Shown in pieces: positions 61,101-64,000 of a DNA stretch of 64,000 bases. Both the position numbers and the translations under genes were made by a program. This DNA is from Mytilus edulis. Taxonomy: Eukaryota. The first letter of the stretch is position 1; every line of letters starts with the position of its first letter. The DNA is taken from positions 71,052,001 to 71,116,000 of the forward strand of contig NC_092348.1 of the NCBI RefSeq assembly GCF_963676685.1, written 5' to 3'. Below the pieces are notes generated by a model that was not told where the DNA came from, ran no database searches, and saw only the letters and a list, made by a program, of their open reading frames with translations.

Positions 61101-64000
61101 GACCTGCATATCATGCACTCATGGCGCAGCTGTTTATTTAGACATCAATAACCTTGTCAAACTTTCATCAAATTTTAATGAACGATACTTGGACAGAGGC
61201 TAGAAGATATGGATAACTATTAGTTATGTTTTTCTTTTCTGTATTTTACTACTGAATTGACTTTTGTTTTTTGGTAGTACATGTACACATTTACACTGAC
61301 AACAGCAATTACAGGCATGATACAGAGTTCCACTGAACCCTTTACAAACTTTTACAAACTTTTGTTTTATTTCCATAGGAGAGATGACACATATCTTGCA
61401 TTTTGTTGTAAAACAAATACTGTGGTTCACTACTATTTGTGAGATACCAATTTTCGTGGACTTTGTGGATACATAAACCAGTGAACCACAAATTTACATG
61501 TTGAACAAATTTCAAATATTCTGTAGATTGTTTGCAGAATTTTGCAAAACCACAAAATTAAATATTCTCGAAAATGCAAGTTTTCCCCAATCCAAGTAAA
61601 TTGGTACCCACAAAAATAATGAATCCACAGCAGAAATTGTGTCTTGCATTGTACATGCAACAGTTTTTGAGGAGAGAGTTGGTTTTTTTCTTTAAACGAC
61701 CTAACTTTTAATGCTTTTGTATTCACAATACATAAATAAGAATAATTATTTGTTTATTTGTTTGTTTTTATTTACAGGTAACTTGGATTCTGAGTATATT
61801 GACATCAATCAGATAATGCAGCATGGGTATGCAGAGTTAAAGTTTATTATTGACTGGGCCAAGAAAGTTCCAGGTCAGTTCTTTAAAAGTTTAGTGAAGA
61901 ATGAAAAACTGAGAGGTCCAATTGAACATTATTTAAGGCTAGTCAGACAGGTGCATTCATCTAATTTGACATTTAAAAGTAAAGTAGAAACTTATTCATT
62001 GCCATACCTACCAACCTTTCGGAGCTACAGAGTGTAGGGGTCAAAATTATTGAAGCAGCAACCAGATGACAAATTAACCAAAATACAGTCAAACCAGCCT
62101 TTACGATCACTTTGTTTCATTAGTCCAATGCTTCTAACGGTCTCATTCAGACTCTCCCAATTGTTTTCTCTTATAAATATAATTAAACTCAAATCAGCGG
62201 TCACCTATTTATTGCACCAAATTTTCATTTCCATCTTTAAAAACAGACCTTTAAATGTTTCAGCTACCAAAATGATTATGCTAAAAAATAAATCTTCAGA
62301 ATTAGAGTCAAAATGAAAATCAGAACCCATTTACTACCAAGATTCTGTAATGGGAGGTGAATTCATGAATTTCTTGCATTCTGTTTCTATTAAATACCAT
62401 TTATATCACTGACTTATTTATCCACAAATTTGAATGGTTTTTTTTTTCTCACTTTTACAGCGCTGGAATACAGCTTTTAATTATTTTATTAGCGCAAGAA
62501 CCATAACTCTACCAATTGAAAAACTGACATAATTTGCCCATCCAAATATGCATTCATTATATAATAGACTATCTAATGTTAAACAATTGACATTAACATA
62601 AATATTTTATTTTAGGTTTTAAAGCACTTTGTATTGATGATCAGATGTCTCTGTTAAAGGCAGCCTTCATGGAGCTTAATGTATTGAGACTGTCATACAG
62701 GTATTTTATTGCAAATATTTTATGTAGATATCAAAGTGTAAAAATTATTCTTTAAAAAAAATTTGAGAGATAAAAAACAATCCTACCAAAATCAATTTTT
62801 TTGCCAAATCATATAGCCATAAAACTGTTACAGAGGCACCTTCATTTATTTTTTTGTAGTTTGAGAAAAACTTTTTGTGGATTTTTTTTTGTGTTTTTGT
62901 CAAGCTCTGTATGTTTGAAGTTGACTCTTGTATATTTACAATGCAAGCAGGGGTATCTGTTGGCCATTGACACATTATGCAGTTTTTTTATTTACCATTA
63001 AGAATTCTTATTATCAACACTTATTGGCAACACTAATATTAATATTAACTGAGTTAAATATTCAACAATTCAATGTATTAATTTGTATATTTATACATTT
63101 ATAGGTCGATGGAGACTTCAAACTGCATAAAGTTTGCAGAGGGTTTGATTGTACCAACAGAATTAGCACAGGGTGTTGGTTTTGGGAAGGAATTGGTAAA
63201 TGCCACTACAGAATTCGCATCTCGTTTAAAAGAAATAGATATTGACTTAACAGAATTTTGTTGTTTGAATGCAATTGTTCTAACATATCCAGGTAGGCTT
63301 AGTTTGATTGAACCTTGGTCCATTCTTTACCTCAAAGGATTGGACAATGAACTGGAATACTCCGTGTTTTAAAGACATTTTTCTAATACTTGGGTTTTTT
63401 AGCTCAACTTTCCCTTCGATCAATAATCACATTTTTCATTTGTCTGTATAATACATGTAATACTGACAAATGACTTTGCTTCTTTTTTTATACTGAAATA
63501 TACATCTTAAGTTTTTCTGGACAGCTCTGATTTTGTCAAACCTTAAATCAAGTTTTATAGAACCTTGCATTTATTCTGTTTTTCTGTATTTGACTGATAA
63601 ATGGACCTTTACTTTTTACTTGATAAGGCATAAAAAGTTCCAAAAAAAAAGCAAAAATACAGATCTGTGTCACTCACTGAGGAAAATTCCAACAAAAGTC
63701 CATAATCAAATGGCAAAAGCAGAAACTTTAAACACATCAAACAAATGGACACTCCTGACTAGGTAAAGTGTGTTGATTAAACCTGGTTTTATAGCTAGCT
63801 AAACCTCTTACTTGTATGTCGCTTAAAATTCCACTAAATTGACAACATTATGTGAACTAAACAAACAGATATAAACGGTAAAAATGAATGAAATAGGGGT
63901 ACAACATTCAACATTGTGGTATGTATACCATTCTATATGATAACAAGATGATCTTATTTAAATTGCAGATGCTGCAGGGCTTAAAGACAAGCCAAAGATT
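54875..64000 (+). CDS. Nuclear receptor gene (spliced, 3' end outside window), possibly NR7/NR8-like
   Basis: Exons 54875-55105, 57449-57728, 58460-58648, 61778-61873, 62616-62700, 63105-63292, 63969->64000 in continuous phase; two C4 zinc fingers, P-box CEGCKG, LBD signature [21 protein letters not shown]. Subfamily is inferred, not tested. Confidence 0.93.
57449..57728 (+). CDS. Nuclear receptor DNA-binding domain exon (both zinc fingers)
   Basis: [50 protein letters not shown]; donor GTAAGA. Confidence 0.97.
58088..58293. mobile_element. MITE, same family as 6018-6223, opposite orientation
   Basis: Same TIR, TA flanks; partial third copy 59480-59630. Confidence 0.85.
58460..58648 (+). 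CDS. Nuclear receptor T-box/hinge exon ([16 protein letters not shown]...)
   Basis: tttacag acceptor, phase 1-1. Confidence 0.9.
58720..59474 (+). mobile_element. Helentron/HINE-like element
   Basis: gctcacct / aggtgagc subterminal IR, 5' hairpin, gtc microsatellite, 3' hairpin, internal repeats. Confidence 0.7.
60435..61136 (+). mobile_element. Helentron/HINE-like element
   Basis: T-run start, (GTCT/GTCC)n microsatellite, three to four tandem units of about 160 bp. Confidence 0.7.
61420..61630. mobile_element. MITE
   Basis: ctgtggttca...tgaatccacag imperfect TIRs, TA on left. Confidence 0.6.
61778..61873 (+). CDS. Nuclear receptor LBD helix 3 exon (..[13 protein letters not shown])
   Basis: 96 nt phase 1-1. 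Confidence 0.92.
62616..62700 (+). CDS. Nuclear receptor LBD helix 4-5 exon ([28 protein letters not shown])
   Basis: 85 nt phase 1-2; absent from ORF track; completes LBD signature. Confidence 0.92.
63105..63292 (+). CDS. Nuclear receptor LBD helix 6-8 exon (..[17 protein letters not shown])
   Basis: 188 nt phase 2-1. Confidence 0.92.
63969..64000 (+). CDS. Nuclear receptor next LBD exon, truncated by window ([11 protein letters not shown])
   Basis: ttgcag acceptor, phase 1; PD..GL loop typical of NR helix 8-9. Confidence 0.85.
   Translation, partial: MLQGLKTSQR

Noticed and set aside
990-63766. Most short ORFs in the supplied track
   Set aside because: Low-complexity F/L/I/K-rich translations of AT-rich introns and repeats, with no domain signatures or splice support.

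Overview
AT-rich, intron-containing animal DNA. The repeat families suggest a bivalve mollusc, probably a Mytilus mussel (inference). Most ORFs in the supplied track are spurious, so genes were rebuilt by hand from GT/AG splice sites and phase continuity. (1) Two tandem paralogous type I membrane receptors lie on the minus strand: gene B is complete (18 coding exons, 42427 to 27151, about 753 aa) and gene A runs from 20424 off the window start. Each has a leader, five Ig domains, an uncharged TM helix and a cytoplasmic tail of repeated 25-nt + 71-nt micro-exon pairs. Each pair encodes one ITAM-like YxxL-x8-YxxL motif (4 in B, at least 3 in A). The N-terminal V-like domain is far more divergent between paralogs than the membrane-proximal Ig domains, and a third orphan promoter/leader copy lies upstream. 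(2) A plus-strand nuclear receptor gene (P-box CEGCKG, possibly NR7/NR8-like) runs from about 54875 off the window end. (3) There are many non-autonomous elements: a 4.6-kb Mutator/foldback-like element with nested inserts, Helentron/HINE-like elements, MITEs, a probable solo LTR, and a dispersed repeat carrying minimal hammerhead ribozyme motifs. The best candidate for a new system is the multi-ITAM Ig receptor family. All identities are hand counts; no database searches were run.
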